Source: Nageia nagi
Lineage: Eukaryota; Plantae; Pinophyta
Assembly: GCA_050084985.1 (NCBI GenBank)
Contig: JBITNC010000001.1
Location: 96,224,001 to 96,288,000, forward strand
DNA: 64,000 nucleotides
Direction: 5' to 3'
Part shown: piece by piece, positions 13,701 through 28,700 of the stretch
Numbering within the stretch: the first letter of the stretch is position 1
Layout: each line of letters opens with the position of its first letter
Position numbers and translations under genes: made by a program
Notes under the pieces: model-generated
Databases searched by the model: none
What the model was told of the DNA's origin: nothing
Seen by the model: only the letters and a program-made list of their open reading frames with translations

Positions 13701-16700
13701 TCTAGAAAATCAAAAGTTGGCCTTAGGCAAGTTAAGGGAATCCAAGTGGAGTGAAAGCTAAGTCAAGTCAAACTAGGATACTTTGAGGCCCAGCACATGC
13801 CTCCAAAAGACAAAATCTTATCTTTCTGGGATGTGCGCTCGAGCCTAAAGGTCGTCCAAACTAGGGTCAAGTCTAAGAAAGGCAAACTGGGCCATTTTGA
13901 GGCCTAGCGCATGCCTCCAAAAGACAAAATCTTGTTTTTTTGGAGCATGCACTAGGGCCAAGGAGCAGTCTGGGACTCTGGATCGAGACAGAGCAGGGAA
14001 AATGCAAGTTAAAGACCCTCCAAGGCTAGCGCATGATTTCAAAAGACAAAGTCTTGTCTTTTTGAACCATGCGCTCAAGCTGGAAGGCCCAAAGGATGAG
14101 TTCAGGGATAAGTAAGTGAACTTCAAGCACCCAAAAGGCTGACGCATGCTTCAAAAAGACAAAATCTAGCCTTTTGGAGGCATGCATTCAAGCAAAGAGG
14201 TATCCAGTTTGTTCAAAAGATGAAATTTGGCTAAGGCATGGAGCCTCGAAGCCCAAAAACCAGCTCCAACAGGACCAAAAGGGTTGGCGCATGATTCCAA
14301 AAGACAAAATCTAGCAAAGTATTGAGAGCAGGAACCCGAAACTTAACAAATTTGGGCATCTACAACCCAACGCATGACTAAGAAAGACAAAATCTTGTCT
14401 TTCTGGAGCATGCGCTCAAACTGGGAGAGCTAGAGAGTTGGGTGCATGTTTCGAAAAGACAAAATCTTGTCTTTTTGAATCATGTGCTTGACTTGGGGGT
14501 GTCCAGGTTGGGTATAATGATCAAATTTGACAAGCTTGGGTACCAGAAAGGCAAAAATCAAACAAGTTCAGGTCTTAGCATGAGCTTCAAGGTTCAGACA
14601 AACCAATAGGAGAGCCAGGAACACCAATGCAGAGAAAGCATGCATCCCCAAGGCTAGTGCATGCTTCATAAAGACAAAATCTTGTCTTTTCTAGGCATGC
14701 ACTAGGCCTGGAAGTGCTCCAGGACCCCCACGTCCATTTTTCAACGATCAGACATGAATTTTTAAATGGACACACATCCCGAGGTTGGCCATACGGATGG
14801 CTAGGATGAATTTTTCCTATGCATAACCAACTAGGGTTTCTTGGAGACCAAATTCACCTATAAATACAACCTTGAAGACCTCATTTTTCTCAAATTCAAA
14901 TTGCATTCCTTTCTATGCTTGCAACAAAATTGAAGAAGAAGAACACCCACGCATCACTCCTAGTAGAACCCGTCAAAAAGTTAAGCATCTTGACCACTTC
15001 CAAAAGCAGTTCGACCAAGGATTTTGCAAGAGATCTCGAATGACTAAGGCAGGATTGCATCATCACTATCTGTGAAAGACAAGACCCCCTTCCCCAAGGG
15101 GCCAGATTCTCCAAGAATGGACTTACTACAATTAGAGACATAGATTGGCAAAATGTAGACCCCATGCAGATGAGAGAGAGGATACATGGAATGCAAATCA
15201 ATGATCTCAAGCAAGACATTGTATTCTTCTCTGAGCTCTCCAATTGTGCCTTCGTCCCATTCACAGCCCCTTTTCCAGAATTATGCATGAAAGTCGGCCA
15301 CCATTGGCAAAAGGGAGAGAGGGTGCTCCAAGATATCAAAGGAAACATCATCATGGACTTCAGCCCTAACACTATCAAAATGGCATTCCAATGGACTTCA
15401 AAGGGAAACTTTGAGTATAGCAAAGCAGAGTCACTTGCTTGCTATCAAGACACTAACATGGCTGCCATTGCTATAAGGAATTGGATGCTAGATGAGCATC
15501 ATGGCCTGAAGGGAATGCTGTCATCAATGCCCCTCGCTCCAACTTCTACCCCTCCGTAGAGTTGATGATCTTGATGTTGTCGAGAATCCTAGGAAAAGAA
15601 GATGCATCCAAGTTCAAAAAGGAATTATTTGGCTTCATCGTGGACATAGCTAGTGGGAAGAAAATCAAGTGAAGTAAGGTGTTGAGTGACACTATTGCAA
15701 ACCAGTTGTCATCCATGGGTACCACACGTAAATTCTATCTCAACTCCTACTTAGTGTACTCGTTGCTTCACAGCAAGTATAGGTCCACAGCCAAAGGGGA
15801 AGCAGCATGGATTGAAAAAGGAACATATGCTATTTGGAATTGTTACCCAAAACGGAAGCTTAAAAGAAGATGGGATAGTTTCATCATGAAGAACGATGGA
15901 TGGGAGTATGAGATCTATAAAGAGCTTAAGGGAGAAATCACAGTGACTAGGATCTCAAATTCAGCCCAAGATGCATTGAGGAAGCATGGGTCACGACTTC
16001 ATCCATCACCAACACTTCCTACATCTACATCTATGGGTCAGCCATGGAGCCATATCAACTGCCCAGGTATGTGAGCAACAAATTGCTGCTAATGGAGATG
16101 ATGAGGTAGTTGACCTACTTGCATGAGCATGTATGGCAGAAGAAATCGGCCACCTCAAACTTGCCGATCATAGTTGGGGAATACCAATGCAGGACATAGA
16201 CGAATGTTGATACTATGAAAGAGGAGCTAGAGATATTCAACTTCAAAAAGATAACTGCCACAAGTCTCTATGATTCAGAACATAGAATTCACCAATTCTA
16301 CATGGAGAGGAAAAGAGCTTATGAACACAAGCCACTTAGAGAAGAGGAACCCTTCAGAACTATAAGCAATGAGGTGGAGATTGAGAAGATTCGTGCCAAG
16401 ATGCACAAGGATGCTCAACAACAACAATAGACTGTTAAGGCCACTATTGACAAAAGGTTATCACAATCAAGAGGGAGGAGACCATAAGAGTCCACATCCC
16501 AGGTCACCCAGTTTCCCCCTACAGTCGAAGAACCTATTGGCCAGTATGTCTCAATGCGTGGTAAGAATCCAATGGAGCAAATAGTACAAGTTAGAGACAC
16601 CATTGTTGAGCATGACATGAGAGAGTTAGAACATGTGGCCACTGATAAGATGATGAGGTGTGTCAGGAACAGAGAGAAAGATCCATCCCCACCACAAAGA

Positions 16701-19700
16701 CCACCTAGGGAATCGACTGCATGTCCATCACCAGTAGTTCCACCATCTGGGTCCTCATCTTCCAGTCCCTTGTATGAACCTGATGACAGTCGAGAAGAAG
16801 GGCAAGTAAGAGAATCAATAAATGAGCAGTAGGTGAGCTCATCTCAACGCAATGATATTCCAACTTCCTTCTTACTCTCTTTGGCCCGTTTCTTGGGTCA
16901 TGACATTATATTTACTCTTGTTTCTTTCCTTTTGTTGGGTAGATTTTCCCTCTAAATTGTTGTCTTTGCAGTGTCCTTTTCACAATCCCTTTGGCCATCT
17001 TTGGCCCATCATGGACATTAATAATATTTCATTTCATTTCATCTTTCAAATATTTTGTTTCTATAAATTTATTTTTACATTGTGAATAGTTGCTAATATG
17101 CTTATCAAAAATATCATTTTGAATCTAGTTTATCTATGTTATTTCGTAACATTTGTTTTCTCTTGAATGTTACAATCAACCTTGTTTTACATGTGTGCAG
17201 AAGCTAGACAGGTGGTGAATAACATCAACCTCAATTCCTTTTAATACTGTGGAATTAATTATTCCTAATGTTATTCATTGTCTAAGGTGACGAATAACAT
17301 CAACCTCATTTTCTTTTACTCCTGTGGAATTATACCCGTAATGTGACTTAATGTCTACAATTTATGACGTAAAATTTATTGTGGCATGACTCTCATGTTA
17401 TATTAATCATTTCGTCCAAATTTTCCACTCCTGTAACAATTATTCACTTACCATCCACTATGAATTAGTTTTATTCTTTAATATAGCTGCATTTAGTGGT
17501 TAGAATTGCATTTAGCGAGTACTTAGCTACAAGAGCATAATGAGACTGTATAGACTATCAAGATGATTTCTTATACTTAAGTCCAATAAAACTCTCATTT
17601 AGATGTTTACTACTTCTTAGCTACCAACATAATGAGTACTCAACATGAAGTGATGCCGAATGATACTCGAAAATTCACAAGTAACAGTGCACTAGATTAT
17701 CTTTAGCTTTTACAAGCAGATTTATCACAAAAACAAAGTCTTTAGTTTTACATACAAATTGCTGCAAGAGAATAAAAAAATAATGAAAAGAATAAAATTA
17801 TGGATAATAACAGTAAATTCCAACCAATAAGTTCCACATAAGGTGAACATTACGAAACTGTAGCATTTTACAAGCCGTTGCCAGAATACTCAATGGGAAA
17901 TCAAGATCACAATTATAAAAAACATGGAAAACAAATCTTACAGCATGATTAAGATCCCATCGTTTTGCCACCATTACTGTGCTCTGCCGTGGCATTACTG
18001 CTCTCTTTGTCTTAACAAAATTGGATATGTTTGGAAAGGGTGGTTTCGTCTGGGAGATTTCATCTGTAACTGGATTCCAATAGTAATGTTTTCCTGTTTT
18101 ACAGCAAATGTGAAACTATTCACAACCCTGTTCTTTCTGTCGGGTCCTAAAATCTGAATTTATAAATTTAATGGGAAACATTGATGAATAGTAACATGTA
18201 ACTCAGTAATCAAACATTTGTACATATCCATATTTCCATTATACAAGCATAACAAAAACAGAGCATATGACATTATAAGTTTTAGAAGGGGTTAAAATTC
18301 CTACGGGTGGAGCATGTACACATCTCCATGAGGAGGTTGGCATATGGACAGTCATATAATCCATATTTGTTGCACCTGAAATCTTTAACGGCCAAGATTT
18401 CATATTTTCCTAATCCTCCTACATTCGATTGGTCTTTGCCAAATCTCAAGAGTATACAAGGTGCAGAAGTGCCTCTTTTGTTCAGATCACTTACATAAAC
18501 TGATATTTGACAAACAAAAGATTTTTAATGAACAGAGATTATAAGAACAGCAGGTTTCAAATTTTAGGAGGTGGGAAGGAAAAAGAATGAAGCGCATGAA
18601 CAGAGATTCCCCAAACTGAAGAGGATCAAGATAGACCAGACAGTGCATGTGATTAGTAGGTAAGCAACAAACCCATGGACCTCAATCCTGCCTGGGGGGA
18701 TCCCTCTCGGATTCTAGACCTTAAAAACCAAAAATGGAATACGAAAGCTAAGCATACAAATACCCATCGAGATTCAAAAAGTTGAATATGACAAGGGTAT
18801 GTCCAAAATAATTATGCCTAACGAGCTAACATCGAAAACAGAAGAAACAAGAAGGCTGTCTCTTGTTGGAAAGTTTATGGGATCCAGACCAATGCTGGAA
18901 AATGTCTGAAAATGGATTAAAGCAAACTGGGTCATTAAAGGAAACATAGAAACGGGAACCCTTTCATGTCACTTCCTGATCTTTGAGTTAAATGTTGAAG
19001 ACGACATGGAATGGGTGCTGGAAAGCAGACCTTGGTGGTTCGAGAAAAGTGGTTTACATCTAAAAAAATGGTACCCTGGTTTTAGACCTGAAAAATAATC
19101 TTTTGAAGTAGTACCAATGTGGGTAACCCTTCCAAACCTACCCCTGGATTTCTAGTGTGTGGATCTTATATAAGGGGTGGCAAAATCTTTAGTAACCTTT
19201 ACTTGCCCGGATGAAAACATAAGAGAAGGATTGAGGTATGCCTCAACACATTTATTGTGCAAATATTGATGTTTCTAAACCTTTACAGAGTAAGATTTGT
19301 TTGAAGAACGAAAATGGGGGGCATATCCAAGAAATTTCGTACGACTTAAAGCCCATGGCTTGTACTGAATATAAAATCTTGGACCATATGGCAAAAGAAT
19401 GTCCAACAAAACCAGCACAGGAGAGAAGACAAAGACAAAATATGGAATGGAGACAGAAAGGTAAGAGAGTTGAAAACCAAGACCAAGAACTAGGAAAAGG
19501 AAAAGAAAAAGAAACACCATAGGAAGGGCCTTCAAAAATACCTGGCCAATTAATGAAGGAAACATACGATAAATTGCTGGAGAAAGAGACTGAAAAAGCA
19601 CAAAATCCAAAAACCTCTCCAGATATGCCTCAAACATCAGCTCAAAGAAACAAATATGAAATTTTAAGAAATATTACAGAGGAATGTCTGAAAGAAAATG

Positions 19701-22700
19701 AGGAAGAAACAATATCTCAAGTTCAGGAAACTCAAAGTTTTCAAGAGCAGAATATCAATAGAGAATCTAATAAAACACTGTTAAAATCCATGGATGGAAA
19801 TAAGCAAGATGAGAAAGACGAGGAGGCAAAGCAAGAGGAAGATGATGAAGAGGAGACTACGAAGGAAGTGGCTGAGAATGAAGCAAATGTAGAGGAAGAT
19901 GTAGCCGCCAAAGAGCATGAAAGACAACTAACAAAAAGTAATAGTTGGAAAAGAGGGAAGAATACAAAACGAAATAAGGAGAATGAACATCCGAGAACAA
20001 GAACAGTAATGATTTCTAGGAAAGTAGCAAATGTGGGTAAACAAGGAAGAAATACAGGATCTGCTATAAAAAAGTGGAACAAATAGAACTCTACAGCAGA
20101 GTGGGGGTGGGAAAACCATCTCAAGGAACTCTAGATGAAGTTACTATTCTGGAATATAAAAGGCTACAACTTACCTGGTAAACAAAAAGTTGCAAGAGAA
20201 CTCCGGAGGGAACGCAAACCAGACATAATTTTATTGCAGGAAACTAAAATCAAAAATGAGAAACAACAAACAGTGAAGAATAAGATTTGGAAAGAAGCAA
20301 AACTGCAGGTTATTGATGCAGTAGGAAAAGCTGGAGGGCTATGGATTTTGTGGAAACCCAAAAACAGTAAGCATCCAGAGAATTAATTTTACATTTTCAA
20401 GATGCATCACAAAAGAATAGTGCGTATTGATAGCAGTTTCTCCTTTATGTTATCAAATGTTTACACTCCAAATATGCTAAGTAGAAGAAAAAGATTCTGG
20501 GAGCAATTCGCTGATCATAGAACTTTTCAAAATGAATCATGGGTGGTGGGAGGAGACTTGAAATCCCATTGAGTCTAAAAGATAAATTTGGTGGAAGAAC
20601 TAATCTAATTAGAAGCATGGAGGGTTTAAGGAACTTTATGGACTCCATTGGATTGATAGCCTTAAGTTTCAAAGGAAACAAATTTACCTAGTCAAATAGA
20701 AGATGTGGAGGAATTTCATACAGAGGAGATTAGATAGGATATTAGTTTCAATAGATTGGCTAGATGAGTTCCAAAATAGTGATTTACTATCCTTGCCAAG
20801 AATAGCATCAGACCATTACCCACTACTGCTGAATATGAATCCAAAACAAAAGAAGAAATCTCCATTCAAATTCAAATATATGTGGATGACACACCCAAGT
20901 TTCAAAGAAAATTTAAATGAATGATGGAAGGAAGAAGTAAAAGGAACTGCAATGTAAAGACTTTCAAGAAAACTAAGAGAAGTAAAGAGAAAATTGAAGC
21001 ATTGGAACAAGCATGTGTTCCAGAATATTAAAACCAGAAAAGAAGCCCTCAAAAATACTTTAAAGGAAATAGAACAGCAAATCTTTTAAGAGAAGAAAGG
21101 GATGTGATTACATACAGGAAGGAAGAGATACTATCAGAGTACTATGACACTTTAAACCAGGAGGAAATATATCGGAAACAGAAATCCAGAGTAGCTTGGT
21201 TAAAGGAGGGAGACAGAAACACTAAATTTTTTAAATTAACATTTTTGAAAAGCAGTTTCAATACAATAATTGAAGTGAAGAAATCTTATGGATGTATAAC
21301 TAGAGATGAAGAGGAAATAAAGAACGAAGCAAAAAGTTTCTATAAGAAGTTATTATCCTCAGACGAGAGGGAAAACAGGACAGCAATGAAGAAAATTTTG
21401 GAGTATATACCCCAGATGATAGATCAAAGAATAGGAATGGAGCTGGAAAAACCTGTATCTAAAAAGGAAATTCAAGAAACTATGTTCTTACTAAACAAGG
21501 ATAAAGCACCAGGACCGGATGGTTTTCAGTAGGCTTTCTTTTATCAGAACTGAGAAATAGGATGGGAGGATGTACAAAAAGCAATTATGGAATTCTTTAG
21601 AAAATGTACATTATTAAAAGCGTGGAATGCAACTTTCTTAGTTCTTATCCCAAAGCCACAAGAAGCAAAAGGATTTAAAAATTATAGACTTATTAGTTTA
21701 TGTAATCTACAAGGCGTTGGGCTGTTTTTCTTTCCTACCCTGCGAATAGGCAAATTGGCTTGCAAGGCTCGTGAAAGACACCAACACCTAGGTGGCAAGG
21801 CGTTGCCCCTTACCCGCTATGAGGACTAGTTACCTCGAAGGTCTCGAGAAATGGGTGTGCAAGAATTGACTCAGGATATTGGTTAGGATGTTTGAAGTTG
21901 ATACAAACTCAAATAAAATTTGTTAATCAAGGACTTGGATTGTCTTTATAACTAGACAAGGGTTGTTTCTCAAACAAAGCAAGTAAAATAGGGGGTGCAA
22001 AGGGCCACGGAAAAAAGTGTAAAATAAAAGAAAAATAACAAGTAAGATTGAAATGGCTAGAGGAAGATGAGTTCAGCTCTTTGTATCAGGCTCCCCCAAC
22101 GAGTATAGTGTCTGAAGGCCAAGTTTCCCCGGGTTTGTTGTGAGTTCCACGCACCCACACATCCTCTCATTCTAGCCAGACTACACAAAGGGTCTAGAAG
22201 AAGGATATATCCACTTACAATAGCCAACAACACGAGTTGAATAATGAAAGGAGCATGCATCTAAGGGGAAGGATGACACTTTCAGTATGTGGATGAAGTT
22301 CAAAAACTAAACGTCATAAAGGAACCCACTTTTAGAGTTGTGCAAGCCTAGTTGCATACTATGAACAATCATCAACTATGCATCACATTCAACAATTTGA
22401 AAAGATGTTCAACCATTCTTTCACCCACCCCACAAGAGGTTTGTGAAATGTTCCAAGCATCTAAATAACACACATCAATGATTGACCTTACATGTCCAAG
22501 TTCATAGTAACATAGAAGTGGAGTTGTGCAATTTCATTCAAAGATCATGCCACATTCACAATAGACAAGTATTAGATAGAAAGTACTCTAGTCATCTAGT
22601 TGCAAAATGTTCAAAGTTCCATTCTGAAAAATTCCTACCCCTTACAAATGAGCCCTCTAGGGCTATTTATAGTTCTGCAAGGCAATCCTAAGTGTTTCCT

Positions 22701-25700
22701 AACCCTAACGCAAATATATATAAAATTATTTAAAATATCATTGGTCCAACAAAAAATACGCCACGTGGCGCTACCAAATTAATTCCAGCACTTGTGGGAG
22801 CAAATCCTCATCCATCACAAGGCCTTAACAAAATATATAAAATTTGACATCCAAAATAGTAAATACTAAATTATGCAAAATAAAATTAAAATTAAAATAT
22901 TGCATTTGAGATGCAACAGCTTCCACCAACTGGCGCCCAAGGGTCTATCTGCTCATGTCTCCTCTACAACACTTGTCCTTGAACCTTCATCATTCATTGG
23001 TTCAGGGCATGCTAGTTCTTGAGTGGTCACCTCCTCCCAAGGACGATGTGGCCTGAGCAGTATGACTTCTTCAAGGCCTTCTTCTGGCTCTCCTTCAATT
23101 CTTTGGCCAGCTTGGTGATATCTTCAATCTGCTCTACTCCAGTGGTCTTGACTTCGCCAATGTCAGCCTTCAATGTCTGAATCCCTACATCTTGAGATTT
23201 CTTCGGATCCTTGTTCAAGAAGACTCTAGTGACAAACAGTGTGTTGTTGAAATTGAAGACAAACCTACTCACATAATGAGTCTCCTTGGACTCATCCTCC
23301 AGCCTCTGGCCGAATCTTCGTGCAGTGCCCTGATTAAAGCTGCAAGGTCGAAGGTGAACTTCATCCTAGGGATTTGTGCCTTTGAAGATAGGCTCAATTT
23401 TCTAGGCATTTGGCACGAAGCTCAAGATCGGTTGGCTCTTATAAGGCTAGAGCAAATGTTCGGGCAATTAGAAGAGGCGTCTTGGTCCGGATTTGCACTC
23501 AACTAAGGGGAGACAGAGCCGGTACATGTGTGATTGAGGACAAACGTGTTGCCTCCTGTTGCATTTGCGCCAAGGATGAGGGGTATGAGTCCAGCGCAGA
23601 TGTGGAGGGGGTCATAGTGGTTGTCCTCTTCCTGAGTTGCGCCCAAAGGGAGGATGCTCTATACTTAGTCAATTTCGACCTTAGTTGCCCGGAATGACCC
23701 TTTGAAGCTCCTCGAAGGCCAGCGCAAGTCCGAGGGAGGTCACCACTTCTGTCTTGGTGTGCACTTACGCTAGAATGATGTGTACCGAATTGGTGCAAGT
23801 CTCCTATGGGTCATGAGGTGTGTCTCAATGTCCATCTACGTCCAGGTACTAGTCAAGGAAGCCTAAGGTAAGTCCAAGGGAGGACAACACTGGTGTCTTG
23901 TCTTGCATAAGCGCTAAAAAGGTGCTTCTGGAGTTGGCGCACGTCTTGCAGGAGTCATGAAGATTGTCTTAGTCCAAACCTGCGCCCAAAGAAGACATAC
24001 TTCAAACTTAGAAAAAATTCATCTTTGTTGCTTAAAATTGTCTACTGAGGTTCCCATGAGGCTGGCCCAAGTCCGAGGTGAGTCATGAGGGCTATCTTGG
24101 ACCACACTTGCACTGGGGAAGCGTAACTAGTTTGGGCGCACATCCGAGATGAGACAAGACTTTTGTCTCCTGTAACACTTGCATTGGGGTGCAGGAGGTG
24201 TTTTCATGCCTAGGACTTAGTCAATTTCACCCTTTTTACTGATATGAGCCTCTAGGATGCCAATGCAAGTCATGGATGGGTCATTAAGCTAGCGTGGGGT
24301 ATGTGGGGCCCTCCCACACTGCTATGCTCCTCCATGCACTCTAGCCTATGCAAAACTCATACCTATCTAGGGATTCCCACAATCCGGGATAACCGAATAC
24401 AAACTAACACAACACTACTCAAGGGAAGACGTCCCATTACTAGGCTCACTGTGGGGTCAACAGACCATAAGCTCCTACTTGAGTTACAAATGTTCAACAT
24501 GACAATGAACAAACACTAGATTACAAAGTGACCATGACACAATTTGTCAATGGTCCAAATGGGACATCACACTCGGCAATGCCTTACACAAACTTTCGGT
24601 CCATTGCTACCAGAAGTCCAATGTTGATCATTTTGCACTAATTCAAGTCTCTAATGCCTCTTAATCTCGCAACACCATCAACCTGGTCACTTTTCCTGGG
24701 TAGCTCCATCTTGCCAAAATTTGAGGGTCCCCAAATTTGCTAAAAATTTGGGGCATGTTGTGGAAGCCACAACACAAGGTCATAACTAAAATCATGCAGA
24801 GAGAATGAAGAGAATTCTACCATGGATTGTATCCCTGAAGCATGATGGATTTGTTCAGGAAGACAAATCACAAATGGTATAGTGTTGATGCATGAAGTGC
24901 TACATTCAATAAATGTCAAAGAGGAGAAAGCTACGATTCTAAAATTGAATATGGAAAAAGCCTATGATAGGGTCAATTGGAATTTCATGGATCAAATTTT
25001 GCAATTTGGTTTTGGAGTAACTTGAAGGAAATTGTATCACTACTCCCAAATTTTTTTGTACTAGTCAATGGTGAAGACGGTTCTTAAACTCAGAAAAGCA
25101 ATTAAGACAAGGAGAAACCTTGTCTTTTATAATTATGGCAAAAGCTTTAGCAAGGGCAATAAAAGAGGCAAACAGAAAGGAGACAATTAAAGGAATAATT
25201 CTAGAAAAATGTTGTGAAGCTATAATGCATCATCAGTTTATAGATGACACAATTTTGATAGGACAGACAACTCTAAACGAAGCAAAAATAGTTTAAGAAA
25301 ATATTGAAGTTGTATGAGAAGGCATCACACCAAAAGGTAAATCTCCACAAAACCAAGTTGTTTATGCTAAATACCACAAGAAAAAGAAAGAGAAAATAGG
25401 GAAAAATATGGATACCAAATTGATGAATTACCTACAAGATATCTTGGGATGCCCCTCTTTGTGGGGAGGATAAGAACAAAATATTGGGACAATTTGTTAG
25501 AAAAAATAAGAAACAAAATATCAATATGGAAAGAAAAGGTTTTAAGCTATGCAGTTAAAATATTATTAATAAAAGACACCCTATAGAGTGTACCTATATG
25601 TAAAGTTCTTATTTTCATGATGCCCCAAACAGTATGCAAAAAGATAGACCAATTGTGCAGAAGATTTCTATGGGCAGGGGGAACAGAGAAAAAGAAATTT

Positions 25701-28700
25701 GCACTAGTTGCATGGAATAAGATTTGCAAAGAAAATGACTTAGGAGGTTTAGGGTTAAGGAAAACATCACAGGCAAGCCAAGCTCTTAGAGGGAAAATGG
25801 GATGGAGACTAGTTATAGAAGAGGACAAGGAATGGATAAAAGTATGAGGTCAAAATACCTTCAGAACAGTAACTCTTTCTTGAGAATTGAAAATCCTCCA
25901 TATGGGTCTCCATTTTAGAATGGATTAGTAAAAATAAAATCTTTAATTACAAAGCACATTTCATCAAAGATTGGATCAGGGGAGGCAACTTTCTAGTAGG
26001 ATGATGCATGGTTGAGAGAAAGACCCCTCATTACCTATAAAAAACTGAAAAGAAGTGCACAATGGGTATTACAACATCAAGGAAATAAAGTAGAAGAGTA
26101 TATTGTTGAATCTGAAGCAAAATGGAACATTCAACAGGCTTCAGAAATCCAAGTGGAATCACACAACTAAGCAAGATTTGAGAGGAGATCCAAAAGCAAA
26201 ACATCTATCCAAGCAAAGGCAAAGATTGCCCAAGCTGGAAAGGGGCAAAAGATGGAAATTACAAAGTAAGAGAAGCAATCAAACTGCTGCAAGAGCCCCA
26301 TGAGGAAGATAACAAAGAGCTATGGAAACAGGTATGAACTATGGATGAAACTCCAAAGATACTTTTTTTATGTGGATAATGGCTCATAATAAACTAAATA
26401 CAATTGACAATCTTAAAAAGAAAGGATTTCAAGTTGCTAACAGATGCAACCTTTGCTACAAAGAGGAGAAAACAAGGGACCATATTCTCCTTAATTGTGA
26501 ATTCACACAACATATATGCAATATGTGCAGGAGAGAGATTCATTATTACAGGACCTTTCCTGTCTTAGAAACAAATTTAATCATCCAATGGAAAGTACCC
26601 TCAACCTGCAAGAAGAAAAGAATATTACGGAGTTTCATCATGCCCCATATTTGTTGGCAAATATGGAGAAAAAGAAACAATAGGGTTTTTGAAGTGAAGG
26701 AGAACAAAGTAGAACAATTCTATAAAATTGCAAAAAATAGAATGATTGAGAATATTAGGGCAACAAAGCAAGAATTAGAAACATTAGAGGAATTTAACCA
26801 ACTCCAAAAAATTAATAATCAATAGCCTTAATAAAAGGAAAAATGTGGAAAAGTGTCATTATCAAGTCATAATGAATATCATAGTGGACATGAATGTAGA
26901 TGTTGCGCAAGATTATGTGCATACTTATCAAGATTGAAAAGTACAATCGATATGAAAGAAGAAGCATGTAAAAAGAAACTGTTGGGCTGTTGGAAAGAGC
27001 AATCCAAGAGAACTAGGCATTAAGGGCAACCACGCACCACATCAACCAATGATAGTTCTCTATAATTAATAGATTGCATGTGGAAGAGCTCAATGAGTTA
27101 TAAGGAGATAGCATACCAGAAAGGTAAAAACATCTTTCACTGCAGGAAACAAAATGGGGGAGCCATGAAGCATACAAAGCCAGAGTCAACAGAGGAAGCT
27201 AGGGGAGATAAGGAAGCTTGGACGGAATTATGCAAAGGAGGTAAGGAGTATTTTATGGAGGCCTATAATAGGTACGACACAAAACTCTCAATTGGCATTG
27301 GGAGGTAGTGGAATGAGGACCAATGCACTATGAATAATCTAAGCATAGAATTATCCACATAAACCATTGTTGAGGCTATCCAAATGAGAGATGAAGGTAA
27401 AGAGATAAAAAGAGAGATCAAAATCAATGAAATGGAGGAGATAGCAATATTTGGAAAGAAAGGAGACAAACTCAAGAAATGTAGGATAGGGTATGAAAGA
27501 ACAAGCTTGCCTAGACCGTGGGATGAAGTCACCAAACAGCTAATGCAATATGTATCGCTTGAAGGTAGGCATAAGGAGGTGTTTGCTTTCCACTTCAGAT
27601 TGCTAAATCACTTAGACACAACATCCTGGTCAATTTCCCCTTCTTTATCCCTTACTTTTTGAAAACTTCTATTTGGAAATTCAACATAGGATTAATTCAA
27701 GCTCCTTTGCATCAATTTGTTATAAAATTGGTTGTTCATGTGGCACTAACAAAACAACCTAGAGAAAATCCTAGGGTACAGATTCACGAGGAAGAGGATG
27801 TCCCCTGGCTCATGTTTTAAAAAGTGAAAAAAGGAAAAAAAACAAGGAAAAGGTAGAAAGCTCTGAAAAGGTGGCAGAGGAACCTACACCTGAGAACAAA
27901 GCAAACCCAAGTGAACCTCCATGACAAGAAAAATCAGAGGACAAGGGCAACAATAAAACCCCTTTTCCAAAATGGAGCGGAAGAGAGAGTAGGAAGAAAA
28001 ATAGGGAAAAGGAAGAAACAACACAAAAAGAGAAAGATAAATAGGTGCAAGAATCTAAAGAAGATGTGTCCAGCCAAAAAAACTAACAAGAAAAGGAGCC
28101 ATATGAAAGAAAAAAATAAGGGCAAAATTGAGAAAGAAGCAAAGAAAGGGTCTCAACAAGGACCAGGAAAAAGAATAAGATAGCAGAGAAGACTGAAAAA
28201 GAGGATCAGGAGACAAAAGAGGAGAAGGCAATGGAGGAAAATCAAAAGATAGAAAAGGATATTCCAACTATGGTAATAGACTTGGAAGAGCAGCATGACA
28301 TACAAGAATTTAGAATGGCTAAACGTACCAAAATAAAGCTTTCCGCAAAAGAAGAGGGAGGTTGTCAACAAAAAAAGAATAAGGAGAACAAGGCGTTGAA
28401 AGGAATATACATTCGAACAAGAAAGAAGTAACTCTAACTGCTACATAACTCAAAAAGGAGCATGAAGATGAGCAGAGGAAGGATTCTATTAAGGAAGTTA
28501 TAGATTTGGATTAACAGCAGAACATTGAAGGAGTTCAGGCCTGTAAGAAGGGAGGAAGCCAATCAACACCAAACAAACAGATTAAGTAGAGAAAGAAAAG
28601 CATACCTCTGAAAAACCAGAAAGCTTTCTGAAGCACAATAGGATGTTAGCAAAGGCAATGTTAAGAAAAGGAAAACCAAGCCCCATCTTTGAAGGAGTGT

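Larger units (their letters stand above)
13491..17100 (+). mobile_element. Long-LTR family element carrying a hairpin array, TATA box and accessory ORF; right end not resolved
   Basis: Starts TGTTGTGACTAACACAACATGTCCCAAAAT...GGGGACCCTCAA, matching the reverse complement of 24721-24774; CTATAAATA at 14858. Confidence 0.6.

Noticed and set aside
13793-14702. CRISPR array
   Set aside because: Repeats are degenerate, spacers irregular (about 26-170 bp) and partly related, there are no cas genes, and the array sits in a plant LTR.
19275-20124. Hydrophobic or Ser/Phe-rich minus-strand ORFs (also 27934-28371 and 58945-59477) as membrane proteins
   Set aside because: They are antisense shadows of A/G-rich K/E-coding LINE sequence.
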